Source: a virus. Taken from it: 64,000 bases of DNA. Shown piece after piece: positions 36,001 to 45,391 of this stretch. The notes beneath the pieces were generated by a model that saw nothing but the letters and a program-made list of their open reading frames with translations, searched no databases and was not told where the DNA came from. The DNA lies in IMG/VR virus record IMGVR_UViG_3300044984_001421, positions 21,368 through 85,367 of that record. One strand, 5' to 3'. The stretch's first letter is position 1, and every line of letters starts with the position of its first letter. Position numbers and translations under genes: made by a program.

Positions 36001-38674
36001 TTTCCTTCAGAAACTCCTGCTGTCCATTGGTCAAAGAATGCCAAAGCGCCCACATGGTCTTGTCCGTGTTGTCGGTCTGCGGCATGCCAGCCGAGATCCA
36101 CAACTTGAGCGCGTGCTCGTCTTCAGCAGACACATTGGATGGAGCAACCTGCAAGTGCCAGCGACCGTTGAACAGGACGTAGTTCTTGCCGTTGATTTCC
36201 TTGACGTCGCCCTCTTTCGGCCCGCCTTCCTGCGTTTTCTGGCCTGGATGAAAGGCCAGGTTGAGCATCTTTATCGGGTCAGCGCCTTCGTTCTGGACAG
36301 CAACCTCGACCGCAAGTTCATAGGACGCTGAGTGCATCGGCGGCGATGCGGGAGCAGGAATCTCGCCGGCCAGCATCGAGAACATGGCAGCCTTCCAGCC
36401 GTTCTTGCTGTAATCCTGTCCGGTCAAGATGTTCTTCCAGGAGCCGTCCTTCTGCTTCTGGTAGTTGTGCCCTTTGTACGAAGCGTTCACCGCCATCTTG
36501 CCAGCGGCAGCATCCATCTTGCCGGCCGTTTGCATGGCCTGGTCGAGCGCGTACATCGGAGAAGACCAGCCGTCGCCGTCCAGTTCATCGTCGATGAACG
36601 ACTGATAGAAGCCATCGGCAGTCTTGACGACCTTCACATGGTGCCCGTTTACGTTGTCGAACAACACAGTCTCGCCGGCAGCAGGAGGAACGTCAGGCAT
36701 TACCGGAGCACCGACCTTGCCGCCTTGTTTCTTGTTTTCCGCCTTCAAGTGCTGGACTGCCGTCTTCAACGCGGAAGGTTTCAGCCCTGCGTTGTTCGCC
36801 AGAGCCGTAACGACACGCTCCAGCGCTTCACTCGGAACGTGGGCGAGGACCGACATATGATCAATCACGGCGTTGATTGCTTCCTGCGACGGCATGTCGG
36901 GAGTGGATGGCTTCGAAGCTGCAAGCCACTGCTCTCCTGCCTTGTCGATCAAGTGACCAACTTTATCCAGCCCATGCTTGGCAATCGCCGCACTTATGTG
37001 CTGCTGGCCGTTCAGTTCCTCGTAAGTCATTGCTTCGTGCTGCTCGACAGTCGGCACCTTGCCGGCATCGAGCGAGGCGTGCCAGCCATCAACGCCAGGG
37101 ATGGTGTGCGGGTCAACGTCTGGCGCGACCTCTGATTCATGCAGCCACACGGCAACCTGCTTCGGGTTGAATCCGTTCTTTTGATACGTCCCTTGATCGA
37201 CACTGGATAGGTGGGCATACACCGTCTCGTCGGCCGAGAGCTTTGCGCCGATGGCGAGCAGATACCACTTGCCACCGTCGTAATCGACGACCTTCTTGTC
37301 GGCCATCTTCGCCTGGTATTCTGCCTTTTCTTTTTCGGCTAAAGACGGCGACTTGTGCCAACGCCCGTCCTTGAAGGTCAGCGTCCCGCCTTCGCCTTGC
37401 TTGGTGTCGCCATCCTTCGGCGAATCATCCGCTTGCAGCACCACCTTTGCAGTACCGGCAGCGAGCGCAGCGTGCAGCGTCTCCTTCGGGATTGAGACGG
37501 TGTTCTTCGGGCCAGGCACCGTCGCTCCGACCTTGTGCATCTGGTAGGAGTCTGCGCTCTGGTTGTAGATCGTCCAGTCGCCCGCGTTCATCTTGGCGTA
37601 CTGGCTGTCCAGCTTCAGCACAGCGCCGGTCTTGAGGTCCGGGTGCTTGGCAGGCTCTGGTACCGGAGCGGCAATGTTCGCGGCATTCCAGCCGACAGAC
37701 CACTCCTGCAGCGCGTCCATGTATTCGGCATACGGCAGATGGTTGTGCGCCTGCAAGAAGTCCTGGTCGATACCTGCTGCGTGCGGCTTTCCAGCAGCGA
37801 ACGCCGCTGCGCCGTATTCCTTCGGGGTCATGGGCTTCTTGTCGTTCGCATCGACATGAACAGGCGACGTGTCGCTGTTTTCCGTTTTCTTCGACACGAC
37901 ACCCATCAATGCCTCGGCCTTTTCAGCGCCAATGGCCGACTCGATATCTGTCGCCATTTTGGCGACTTTGACCGGGTACTTAGCTGCGTACTCGAAGTAC
38001 GCCTTCTTCTGGCCGGAAGTCGGCGTCTGGCCGGCGAGCATTGCCGCCTTCCAGCCCGAAACAGCAGCGGACAGCGAAGCCTCGGCCTGCAGATCGGTGG
38101 CGTGCGCCAGGACCAGCATCGCCTTGTCGTGGTCGCCAAGCGCGCCGAAGTCTTTCAGTTCCGCCGACAGCTTCTTGTGCGCGGCTTTCTGGTAGTGCGA
38201 GCCTTGGCCGTTTCCGACCTTGGCATGGTCGTGGTCGTCCGAGACGTTGACCATCTTGTGATGGGCATGGATTACCGTGCCGTCCTTCTTCACCGACGCA
38301 GGAATCCACATCTCCTTTTTCACGGTCGCCTTCAGCAAGTCCTCGGTGAACACCAGTATTGACTTGTGAATCGGCACGCCGGAAGACTTCGCGTTCTGAA
38401 CAGCCGCATGCAACTGCTCGGCGGTTGCACCTTCGCCGCCGAATAGATCGTTCGTGCATTTTTCAGGCTTCTTCATGCATTCGTCAGAGAACGGCGACGC
38501 CTTCATGGGTGGTGCTTTCGGACGGGCGAACAGATCAGACGTGTGCGCGTCCTTGGAGGCTCCGCGCGAGTTTGAATGCGGTGACACCTGGACGACGCGA
38601 CCGTTGGCAAGGCGACGCTCGTAGCCACGCACAGCGCCCTTGATGATGTCGGTGACGAAAAACATGATGGTCAT
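32963..38674 (-). CDS. Giant polyvalent protein: tag variants, three short repeats, WGR domain, PI3/4K-HipA-like kinase, C-terminal ADP-ribosyltransferase
   Basis: NKFYKVEV...YGKIGQKG (WGR); GSNPGG...WYCK...E.LA...DAWIGNWDVVG...DN...RIDVGGSL (kinase); WR...MCTS...SEGELTTLPG (R-S-E ART). Confidence 0.78.
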   Translation of the reverse strand: MTIMFFVTDIIKGAVRGYERRLANGRVVQVSPHSNSRGASKDAHTSDLFARPKAPPMKASPFSDECMKKPEKCTNDLFGGEGATAEQLHAAVQNAKSSGVPIHKSILVFTEDLLKATVKKEMWIPASVKKDGTVIHAHHKMVNVSDDHDHAKVGNGQGSHYQKAAHKKLSAELKDFGALGDHDKAMLVLAHATDLQAEASLSAAVSGWKAAMLAGQTPTSGQKKAYFEYAAKYPVKVAKMATDIESAIGAEKAEALMGVVSKKTENSDTSPVHVDANDKKPMTPKEYGAAAFAAGKPHAAGIDQDFLQAHNHLPYAEYMDALQEWSVGWNAANIAAPVPEPAKHPDLKTGAVLKLDSQYAKMNAGDWTIYNQSADSYQMHKVGATVPGPKNTVSIPKETLHAALAAGTAKVVLQADDSPKDGDTKQGEGGTLTFKDGRWHKSPSLAEKEKAEYQAKMADKKVVDYDGGKWYLLAIGAKLSADETVYAHLSSVDQGTYQKNGFNPKQVAVWLHESEVAPDVDPHTIPGVDGWHASLDAGKVPTVEQHEAMTYEELNGQQHISAAIAKHGLDKVGHLIDKAGEQWLAASKPSTPDMPSQEAINAVIDHMSVLAHVPSEALERVVTALANNAGLKPSALKTAVQHLKAENKKQGGKVGAPVMPDVPPAAGETVLFDNVNGHHVKVVKTADGFYQSFIDDELDGDGWSSPMYALDQAMQTAGKMDAAAGKMAVNASYKGHNYQKQKDGSWKNILTGQDYSKNGWKAAMFSMLAGEIPAPASPPMHSASYELAVEVAVQNEGADPIKMLNLAFHPGQKTQEGGPKEGDVKEINGKNYVLFNGRWHLQVAPSNVSAEDEHALKLWISAGMPQTDNTDKTMWALWHSLTNGQQEFLKEKAEQESAKPAASDAPAPSGTWQVSMNDEGFSGNNVILLEHTATSTIYVGWDNDLKEYQIGTSDADGSGSGPWSAFDKNDVRNTLDKMFGVHMPDSGMLDKIKGVAAAPAAPAAQPATGYKWIAHMENKKPGHNKFYKVEVHGTVLTKTYGKIGQKGHSGDEVHASNDAAVKAAIKLVGMKGANGYSYVGSSGFEPIPTEIPPIVIVFKKKKKLTKAQQIAAVPVPDYETLDPHQNSKIYVNISTAIKNAVLNGGVTGLKQYVTFHNDGSVSAKQNVTGFKTGKCTSISTLVRRQQFYKFCQQMHAAALGKFDPEAEGVDPAALGSTAAQSASPKDGDTKQGADGMLVFQNGHWHKVEPAAPISIAKSKLGDHVSVMDSWPQTGPQLGSNPGGKFKDKGGQEWYCKFPADAEMVRSEFLAAKFYQMLGVDVPTLKLVEKDGKLGIASKWVDGMKKGSAENLASAAGAHQAFAIDAWIGNWDVVGMANDNLLLNSSGGAVRIDVGGSLDYRAMGGKKGADFGDTVAELKTMKDYGKNAKAAAVFAGATDASIAWGGKQLNKLKPSQIEELCKIAGPGTDAEKAALAKKLIARRADVLKQMGIVDQWDTPPVDETKLTVDPADIKPPLDFNTLNGGKPVSSKQHVNDKNSADSAALAAFAMQGNLKALKDYHYDAVDKETGQSIGKKPITEHPSNHIQQQWASLVQTLQSIGYPPVETLEMPSLGSFGLVSEIADAVGSFAPGQNVTTIPQEHRLGYFMKLCQIDEGDAVALLKRTKWFWQKSGTSFAGMLKAAYQKVRSTTKTYISSVQGSGAANHLWSHGKSSYDSTPINKVTAGIYDDAVDLPEGTQMWRWMDDDTAGKSMTKQLLATKPGAILQNTDSMCTSFHESWGDSPHFTNGDGKQIKMRIRCAAGCKATPTYGTGSLGSEGELTTLPGQRYLVVDVQPGGHNHPQGVFIDVIMLPPDTGFVAQLKGQTLAKSLRSNSEWDKKETVIVYRQEPSRTRQARPVLAILM

Positions 38675-38677
38675 TGA

Positions 38678-39778
38678 TCAACCCTTCTTTAGATTCTGTT
38701 TCAGCCAGGCATCGAACTGGCTGTTGCTGCCACTAACCGTCTTCGTCAGTTTTTCCCACATGCCACGGCAATGCGGGTGGAACACGCCAGAAGAAGGCTT
38801 CCACATTTCAGAGTCCATGCGCTTGACCAGGCCGGTCGGCGTTTTCTTGTACGGCGATGAGGATCGGCCGACGTTGTTCTTGCCGACCCAAACCTGGGTG
38901 TCCCAGTTCTTCTCTTTGGCATCCGGCGACACGACGTCGAAGACCTTCCCGTTGACCGAAGTGCAGAACGCGCAAGCGCCGTCGTAACGCTCATGCCGGC
39001 GCACCTGATCACCCACTGCGCACGATGCGATAAACCCTTGGTTCGCGTTTTCGCCAGCCTCTGTAACGGCAATTCGCCGCCAGTCACGATTCATGTCGCC
39101 GAAGTCGTCCAGCAGCTTCTGCTGCAACGAGGTCCGACCTTCCTTGTCTGGCACGCCGAGAAACTTCTGCTCCTGCCAGTCGATGATCGAAGTCTTGAGT
39201 TTGGCGCGCATCTTATCGGTGATGCTGGTCACGTACTGGCAGCAGCGAGCCGATCCGAACTCCATCGCGGCTTTTTGCTGGCTTGCCATGCCGCCAAACA
39301 TCGCCTCTGTGGATTTGATGCTGAACGGTGCAGCCATCATCAGCGCGGTCGCCTGCGCAAACGTGATGCCGCTGGCGCGCGCCTGGACTTGCCCCATGAT
39401 GTTCGAGCGAACAGCCAACCATTCGGCTTCTTGCAACATCACGTCCTGCGGGAAGTAGCGCTGGACGAGGTAATCGACAACCATCATCCAGTCATCAAGC
39501 GTGAACAGTTCTGGCGGGACGTTTTCAAGGTAATGCCGCGCGGCCGAAAGCTCTCCAGGAGTCCATCTCTGGACCGAACCAGGCGTGACGACATAGCCAG
39601 GCCGGTCCTTGTTATCCAGCCAGCGAGACAACTCGGACTGCAGCGCGCCGAATTTATCCAGCCCCTTGTTGGTCCATTGCTCGATCAGGTGGCGGATAAA
39701 CTGCGACTCATGCGGTCGCCATGGGTCATCGCCCGGACGGGCAGCCTTCAAGAGTTCTTCGTCGCAGTGTTCGCACAT
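38678..39778 (-). CDS. MuF/SPP1 gp7-like head morphogenesis protein
   Basis: RRIAVTE, ACAFC, FHPHCRG motifs. Confidence 0.85.
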   Translation of the reverse strand: MCEHCDEELLKAARPGDDPWRPHESQFIRHLIEQWTNKGLDKFGALQSELSRWLDNKDRPGYVVTPGSVQRWTPGELSAARHYLENVPPELFTLDDWMMVVDYLVQRYFPQDVMLQEAEWLAVRSNIMGQVQARASGITFAQATALMMAAPFSIKSTEAMFGGMASQQKAAMEFGSARCCQYVTSITDKMRAKLKTSIIDWQEQKFLGVPDKEGRTSLQQKLLDDFGDMNRDWRRIAVTEAGENANQGFIASCAVGDQVRRHERYDGACAFCTSVNGKVFDVVSPDAKEKNWDTQVWVGKNNVGRSSSPYKKTPTGLVKRMDSEMWKPSSGVFHPHCRGMWEKLTKTVSGSNSQFDAWLKQNLKKG

Positions 39779-39784
39779 TGCAAC

Positions 39785-39800
39785 AGTCTTGCGTCACGAC
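39785..39800 (-). promoter_or_regulatory. Putative late promoter, leaderless (ATG 39778 at predicted +1)
   Basis: GTCGTGACG-CAAGACT-GTTGCA-ATG. Confidence 0.7.
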
Positions 39801-39801
39801 A

Positions 39802-40251
39802 CTAAGCCGCCAGAAGGATCGCCATCATTTCAAGTTCGACGTCAACGAACTCTGCCGACGCACTGCAGTCTGCTGCGCCGACAGAATCAACTGAGGCGGA
39901 TGCGACAAGCCGTACCGACTTCACCCTGCCGGAAGCAGAAACGTCCGCGCCGATTTGCTCTGCCGATATGCTGCCAGATAGAACGCGGCGAAGCTGCCGC
40001 TCGATTTCCTGGCGCTGATACTCCGCGACGATGAATGATGTCGACGGGATGATTCCGTGACGCCCGCCAGGCTGTCCGCCTGCGTACTGACCGACGGAGG
40101 CGAGTCTGAGCGATGCATTGCCGGATACTTCGAGTGCCCCGCACTCAACATCAATGTCACCGTGCAGGATTTCGCTGCGCGCACTTCGGCCTAACCCATT
40201 GGCAACGAGTACGTCACCGAATAGTCCAAGTCCGCGTGCAACCAGTGCCAT
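39802..40251 (-). CDS. Hypothetical structural-module protein
   Basis: In the fibre block; ends EMMAILLAA. Confidence 0.55.
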   Translation of the reverse strand: MALVARGLGLFGDVLVANGLGRSARSEILHGDIDVECGALEVSGNASLRLASVGQYAGGQPGGRHGIIPSTSFIVAEYQRQEIERQLRRVLSGSISAEQIGADVSASGRVKSVRLVASASVDSVGAADCSASAEFVDVELEMMAILLAA

Positions 40252-40276
40252 CGTCAGCCCACCTTGTCTTCAAACA

Positions 40277-42406
40277 TTACTGCAATCTCTCTCGGTGCTC
40301 TGCACCTTTACCTCGATACGTTTGTGTCTTAGCCGCATCTTCGTGCAACTGTGCCGTAAGGTACGGTGTCACGCCATCATCAGCATAGACGGTCATAACG
40401 CCAGTTGTCGGGTCAGTGACCGTTTTGTTCCTCAAAATCGCACTACATATCAGCATCTTGTCTGCAAAATCTACGGCTGTTGCGTGCGTCCATACCGCAT
40501 CTGATACTTCGGTTTTGGTCGGGATCAAAGCAATCAGTTCTGCCAGCGTCATATCGCCATCCTCTGTATAGATAATTGTGCCAAGCGTATCGATGGTGGA
40601 TAGCGACCCCACCGAAGACGTAATGGCCGCACCGATAAGCGACTTCGTGCGGAGTATATCGAACGCACCAAACCCTACGGTAACTTGCGATCCAGTAACG
40701 CTGGCAGATCGTTCATTCGAAAGCGCACCAGCCGATGTCGTCGCCGAAGCGCCAGATAGTGCGATTGTTTTGTCGCATACAAGAGAACCTTCTGAGACAT
40801 GGATTTCATCGCCATCAACCACCGCTGATCTGGCGATAGTGAACGTGCCAACGTCAGCCGAAACATGAGCACCGGTAAGCGCGACCAGAATCTCTTTGAC
40901 CGGCGTAACAGTACCAACTGAAGTTGTCGTCTGAGAGCCAACTAATGCAGCAGTTTTTCCTACGGTGGCTGATAGTGCGCCAACAGATGTTGTGGCCGAC
41001 ACACCAGCCAAAGCTACAGTCTTCGCGTGACCCAATATCCCGGTTGAAGTTGCGGCATTCGCGCCAGTCAGTATGGCCGTTTGCGCGACCGTAGCGACCA
41101 GCGTACCAGCATCGGTTGTGGCCGCGCTGCCAGAAAGCGGCTTGCTGACTTGAAGCGCTGTGGTGCCTGCCGATACCGTGACTTCCGCCCCGATAAGCGC
41201 CGCCTGCTTGGACTCAGCGTAGCTGACAGACCCGGATGACGCAGTGACCGACGTTCCTGTCAGTGCGACGGTCTTCGCGTGCGCCAGCGTACCAGCAGCG
41301 GTCGTTACTTCCGACCCAACCAGCGATGCTGCGCCTTCTACGACTGCGACAACTGTGCCAGCCTGGGTCGAGACTGATGAGCCAGCGAGTGCTACCGCGT
41401 TTGCTTGCGCCAGCGTACCGGCTGAGGCAGCGACTTGCTGCCCGGTAAGGGCTGCGGTCTTAGCATGGGCCAGTGCCCCCGCTGATGCTGCGACTTGTTC
41501 TCCAGTCAGCGCCCTCGTATTAACAACCGAGAGCGTGCCGGTTGAGGCCATGACTTGCTGGCCGGTCAGTGCAGCGGACTGTGCGGCGGTGGCTGTGAGC
41601 GTGCCGGCGTGAGTTACTACAGACACCCCAGAGATCGCGGAAGTTACGTCCGCACTGCCCAGTGCGTCGAACTGAACCCACGACACCTTGACGCTGATGA
41701 TGTGGAGCGTGCCCGCCGAAGCTGTGACTGAGCCGCCTGTCAGTGCAGCGGATTGTGCGACGGTCGCGGAGAGCGTGCCGGCTTGTGTGGTTGATGCCGC
41801 TCCCGCGAGTGCCTTGATGTGCTGCTCGGAGATGCTACCCGTAGAGGCAGTCGCTGCGCTGCCAGTCAGCGCGACAGTCTTTGATTGCGCCAGCGTACCG
41901 GCTGAGACAGCGACTTGCTGCCCGGTAAGGGCTGCGGCCTTCGCGTGCGCCAGCGTGCCAGTTGAGGCAATCGCTTGATCGCCGGTCAGCGCCTTTGTAT
42001 TGACAGCCGAGAGCGTTCCGGTTGAAACGAGGACTTGTTGGCCGGTCAGCGCAGCGGACTGTGCGACGGTGGCTGTGATAGTACCCGCCTGAGATGCTGC
42101 CGAAGACCCAGCCAGCGCCTTGCTGCTCTGTACCGACACACTACCTGCTGTGGCAGTGAGTGCGCTTCCAGTCAGGGCAACATTGATGTCCGTTACCGCA
42201 GAAGCGGTGATTGTCCCGGTGGACGTTGTGACCGCACTACCACTCAGTTCAAGTGACTGAACCGCCGCAATCGTGCCGACCGACGCTGTTACCGCTGATC
42301 CAACGAGCGCAACAGATACGTCCGTCACCGCCAGTGCATCGAACTGCACCCACGAGACTTTTACGTCTACTGCTGCAGACTTGCCATAGATTAGCAGCAG
42401 CGACAT
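40277..42406 (-). CDS. Long Ala/Thr/Ser/Val-rich repetitive fibre-like protein
   Basis: Many repeats of about 21-24 aa (ALTGxxxxxSxGTL); duplicated VKVSWVQFDAL; C-terminal RNKTVTDPTTGVMTVYADDG. Confidence 0.7.
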   Translation of the reverse strand: MSLLLIYGKSAAVDVKVSWVQFDALAVTDVSVALVGSAVTASVGTIAAVQSLELSGSAVTTSTGTITASAVTDINVALTGSALTATAGSVSVQSSKALAGSSAASQAGTITATVAQSAALTGQQVLVSTGTLSAVNTKALTGDQAIASTGTLAHAKAAALTGQQVAVSAGTLAQSKTVALTGSAATASTGSISEQHIKALAGAASTTQAGTLSATVAQSAALTGGSVTASAGTLHIISVKVSWVQFDALGSADVTSAISGVSVVTHAGTLTATAAQSAALTGQQVMASTGTLSVVNTRALTGEQVAASAGALAHAKTAALTGQQVAASAGTLAQANAVALAGSSVSTQAGTVVAVVEGAASLVGSEVTTAAGTLAHAKTVALTGTSVTASSGSVSYAESKQAALIGAEVTVSAGTTALQVSKPLSGSAATTDAGTLVATVAQTAILTGANAATSTGILGHAKTVALAGVSATTSVGALSATVGKTAALVGSQTTTSVGTVTPVKEILVALTGAHVSADVGTFTIARSAVVDGDEIHVSEGSLVCDKTIALSGASATTSAGALSNERSASVTGSQVTVGFGAFDILRTKSLIGAAITSSVGSLSTIDTLGTIIYTEDGDMTLAELIALIPTKTEVSDAVWTHATAVDFADKMLICSAILRNKTVTDPTTGVMTVYADDGVTPYLTAQLHEDAAKTQTYRGKGAEHRERLQ

Positions 42407-42409
42407 GGA

Positions 42410-42691
42410 TTAGCTCACTTCACCTGCAGGTGCTAGTCCGTTGGTAACCAAGTACGTGTAGATCGCATATGACAAGTCGTCTCTCCTGGTCAGCCCAGGC
42501 GTGGACATAGCGTCCAGTATTACAGACGTGTTCTCAGGCGAGATCGAAAGTTCCAGACAGTCAATCTCGTTCCACTCGCCATCTTCTTTAACGTACCCCT
42601 TGCGCAGAGTGACCATTGCGCTGCCGTCTGCATGCAAGATCAGCGGCAGCAGCTTGTACGCGATGCGTACCGTATCAGTGAAAATCGGCAT
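42410..42691 (-). CDS. Hypothetical protein (fibre-associated)
   Basis: AAGGAG RBS. Confidence 0.6.
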   Translation of the reverse strand: MPIFTDTVRIAYKLLPLILHADGSAMVTLRKGYVKEDGEWNEIDCLELSISPENTSVILDAMSTPGLTRRDDLSYAIYTYLVTNGLAPAGEVS

Positions 42692-42700
42692 AACTACTCC

Positions 42701-44311
42701 TTAGACCAAGGGGATCATCTCTTGCGAGACGGTTGAAAGGTGAGACTGAAGCAGGATACAGTCGTAGTTGTCCGTGCCGTCGATAACGCAGTACGAAGCC
42801 ATACGCTTACCTTGCGCCGCCGTGCCAGCCTGCAGGAAGTCGGTCGGTGTGAACGGTGCCATTACCCGGTTTTTCACATCGAAGCGGTACATCTGGTTGA
42901 CCGCAGAAGCCACATAGGCGTTCATGTAGAACATGCGGCCCTCGTTTTCGTAGGGAGAATACGCACCGCATGACGCTGCGGTAAGTGTCACTGCACCGTC
43001 GATGGTCTGACCGTTGGTCCATGAGCCGTTTATGGCCCCCGCGATGTCCAGCATGTCAACCGTCGCCGAGCTACCCCGGAAGAAGTGACAGTGGCTATGA
43101 CGCGCATTACGAGCGTCATCCGGCTGAATACCCCACGACGGTGCCCACATACAGCCTGTGGCCATCGCATTACCTGCGGCTGCGAAGTAAGTAGTGCTCC
43201 AAGTGTCCGCAGTGATGCTGTTGGTGCCGTTGTTGATGGTCGCGTCGGTGTAGTTATAGGTGTAGACCGTGGTGGTCGCAGAGGAACGCGCCACAATCAG
43301 GTTCGGCAACTCGATGACGTACTTGGCAGAGGACGAAGGCGTTACCGTCCATGTTGTGCCAAGTGTGTAAACCGGCGAAGGGCCAGCCGTGTGCGAGGCA
43401 ATGATGCGGCGCTGACCGACTGCCGTTGGCGTGGCGGTATCCTGCACGATGCGAATCTGGAAGTTGCGGTACTCGTTGGCGAGAATCACAGCGTCACCCA
43501 GCGTTGCCTGCCCGGTCAGCGTCCCTGGAGCCGCCGCAGTCGCAGCGAGCGCGTGGCGCGTCTCTACCCCGGAGTCATAGACGAATGTGCCCTGGATCAT
43601 GCCCTCACCCGGCATGCAGTCGTAAGGTGTGTACTGCTCGTCCAACACCATGAACGCGGTGTCGGTCGACACAGTGGCCGGTAGATTGGTGCTTACCTTG
43701 TTGGCAAGGAAGTTCGTCGCCAGTTCGTAGCTACGCAAGATTGAGGCGGCGAGAGCGCCGGCAGACAGCATGAACAGGCGACCAGCGACGATTTCGTACC
43801 GTGCGCCAGTGGCCGGCGTAAACGAGAATGCGGACAGCACTTTTATCGTCGGGGTGGTGCTTGCTGTGTTGCCGACGATGTAGCGCTCTTCCGTCTTGCC
43901 CGCTGTGGTGTCGGTGATGCGCAGCTTGAAGCCGTAGTCACCTGAACCTCCACGATTCGCCAGCATGTTGATACCTACCGCTGCGGGGAGAGCGGTGGAC
44001 AGCACGACAGAGGTTGTCGTGGCACCGGCTGCGATGGTCCCGACCAGACCGAAGCTAGGTACGAAAACCGCTTCTGCACCGGCAGCGTAAGTGCCGCCAA
44101 GTGCGGGGGACCCAATGAGGTTCCACGCCTTCGTGACGATGTTGTATCGGTTGAACGTCGTAGCGTTGACTAGGTTGTAAACGAACGGGTTCCTGCTGAT
44201 GCCTGATCGCATGTCGGACGCGAGAATACCCGCAGCAGTATGGGCGTTAGGCGACGGAGCAACCTGTCTCCACGCCAGCATGTCGATGACTTTTTTGAAT
44301 GTGTTTGCCAT
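42701..44311 (-). CDS. Beta-rich structural or receptor-binding-like protein
   Basis: Thr/Ala-rich; two I.I...T...E/Q.R.I..xT...TP...A.Y.I modules inserted in a propeller-like sequence. Confidence 0.55.
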   Translation of the reverse strand: MANTFKKVIDMLAWRQVAPSPNAHTAAGILASDMRSGISRNPFVYNLVNATTFNRYNIVTKAWNLIGSPALGGTYAAGAEAVFVPSFGLVGTIAAGATTTSVVLSTALPAAVGINMLANRGGSGDYGFKLRITDTTAGKTEERYIVGNTASTTPTIKVLSAFSFTPATGARYEIVAGRLFMLSAGALAASILRSYELATNFLANKVSTNLPATVSTDTAFMVLDEQYTPYDCMPGEGMIQGTFVYDSGVETRHALAATAAAPGTLTGQATLGDAVILANEYRNFQIRIVQDTATPTAVGQRRIIASHTAGPSPVYTLGTTWTVTPSSSAKYVIELPNLIVARSSATTTVYTYNYTDATINNGTNSITADTWSTTYFAAAGNAMATGCMWAPSWGIQPDDARNARHSHCHFFRGSSATVDMLDIAGAINGSWTNGQTIDGAVTLTAASCGAYSPYENEGRMFYMNAYVASAVNQMYRFDVKNRVMAPFTPTDFLQAGTAAQGKRMASYCVIDGTDNYDCILLQSHLSTVSQEMIPLV

Positions 44312-44740
44312 TTAGGTGATCCTCGCTCTTACGTTTAAGTTCCATGCCGCGTTGATGTTTGCGCGAACTTGAGCATCCGCGTTGAATCCGCCGATGTTGG
44401 TTTGGCTGGTCAGGGTTCCCACCGTGGTGACACTACCAACGCTGGTGACACTACTCACCGTGGTGACATTTCCCAGCGTTGGCAGTGTCTCAACCACCAC
44501 CGTTCCGCGCTGCCGTTGCAGTGACTTGTCATAGCCCAGAGGCGACAGCAGCATCTGTAGGATGCGACCGAGTATTCCGTTGCCGTCGCTGTCTTGTACT
44601 GGGACTGGGTTACTCTCAGAAGCATCTACAGCTTCGCCGTCGCCGCCATGTGTAAGCTTGACACGTTGGTACTTGACGCCGCCTATGTCGTCTGAGGCAA
44701 TTACGTCCCCAGTTCCGGGTAAGGTGGTGTTATCAGACAT
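44312..44740 (-). CDS. Structural protein with TV-rich repeats
   Basis: DDIGGVKYQRVKL...NPVPV; VTTVSSVT repeats. Confidence 0.6.
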   Translation of the reverse strand: MSDNTTLPGTGDVIASDDIGGVKYQRVKLTHGGDGEAVDASESNPVPVQDSDGNGILGRILQMLLSPLGYDKSLQRQRGTVVVETLPTLGNVTTVSSVTSVGSVTTVGTLTSQTNIGGFNADAQVRANINAAWNLNVRARIT

Positions 44741-45388
44741 TTATTGAGCCTCCAAGGTGACACTGAGATCGGCGTAGTCAGTGATCGCATCACACTCAGC
44801 GCCGGATAATGTGATGGTGTAGTCAGCCCAGGACGCGCCGAGACTGGTGAACGTGCGGGTGGCGATAGTCGTTGCACCCTGCTTCAAGGTAGCCACCAGA
44901 TCATTACCGTTGGCTGACTGAGCGCGGATCGTGATGACCTGACCGGATGACGTTGCCGGGTCGGTGACTGCGTTGAGTGCCACTTCGCAGGTGCTTGCCG
45001 TGGTTGTCTCGATGTAGTCGGTGTCGCTGGCGGTCGTTTCGTCCAGCATGTCATAGAGGTCTGAGCCGGTTGAAGGTGTCCATGCGCCTGCTGAGATGTC
45101 GGAAGATGGTCGTGCAAAGCGAAGTGCAGCCCCACTCAGCGTCGTCCAAGTACCGACAACCTGCACAACATTGGAATACGTCGCGCCGTCATAGATTACC
45201 GCTGCGCTGTCGTACTCAGTCGATGCGCTTAACCCGGTAGCTTCTAGATACTGACCCGATCCTGTCCATGCGGCATTGCCTGCCCACGATGCCGCTGCAC
45301 CTGTCGAATCCTGCCCGGCGACGATTTGCACATTTGACGGTGTGCCGGTGCCTGCGGGGTAGGTGACGATGTAGAGCGTTTGCGGCAT
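44741..45388 (-). CDS. Structural protein with an Fn3-like and a beta-sandwich domain
   Basis: TGLSASTEY; FARPSSDISAGAW...LDE...DTDYI. Confidence 0.55.
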   Translation of the reverse strand: MPQTLYIVTYPAGTGTPSNVQIVAGQDSTGAAASWAGNAAWTGSGQYLEATGLSASTEYDSAAVIYDGATYSNVVQVVGTWTTLSGAALRFARPSSDISAGAWTPSTGSDLYDMLDETTASDTDYIETTTASTCEVALNAVTDPATSSGQVITIRAQSANGNDLVATLKQGATTIATRTFTSLGASWADYTITLSGAECDAITDYADLSVTLEAQ

Positions 45389-45391
45389 AGC

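Noticed and set aside
40277-42406. Direct repeats that might be a CRISPR array or DGR template/variable repeats
   Set aside because: They are in-frame protein repeats without unique spacers or adenine-specific differences, and no cas or reverse transcriptase gene is present
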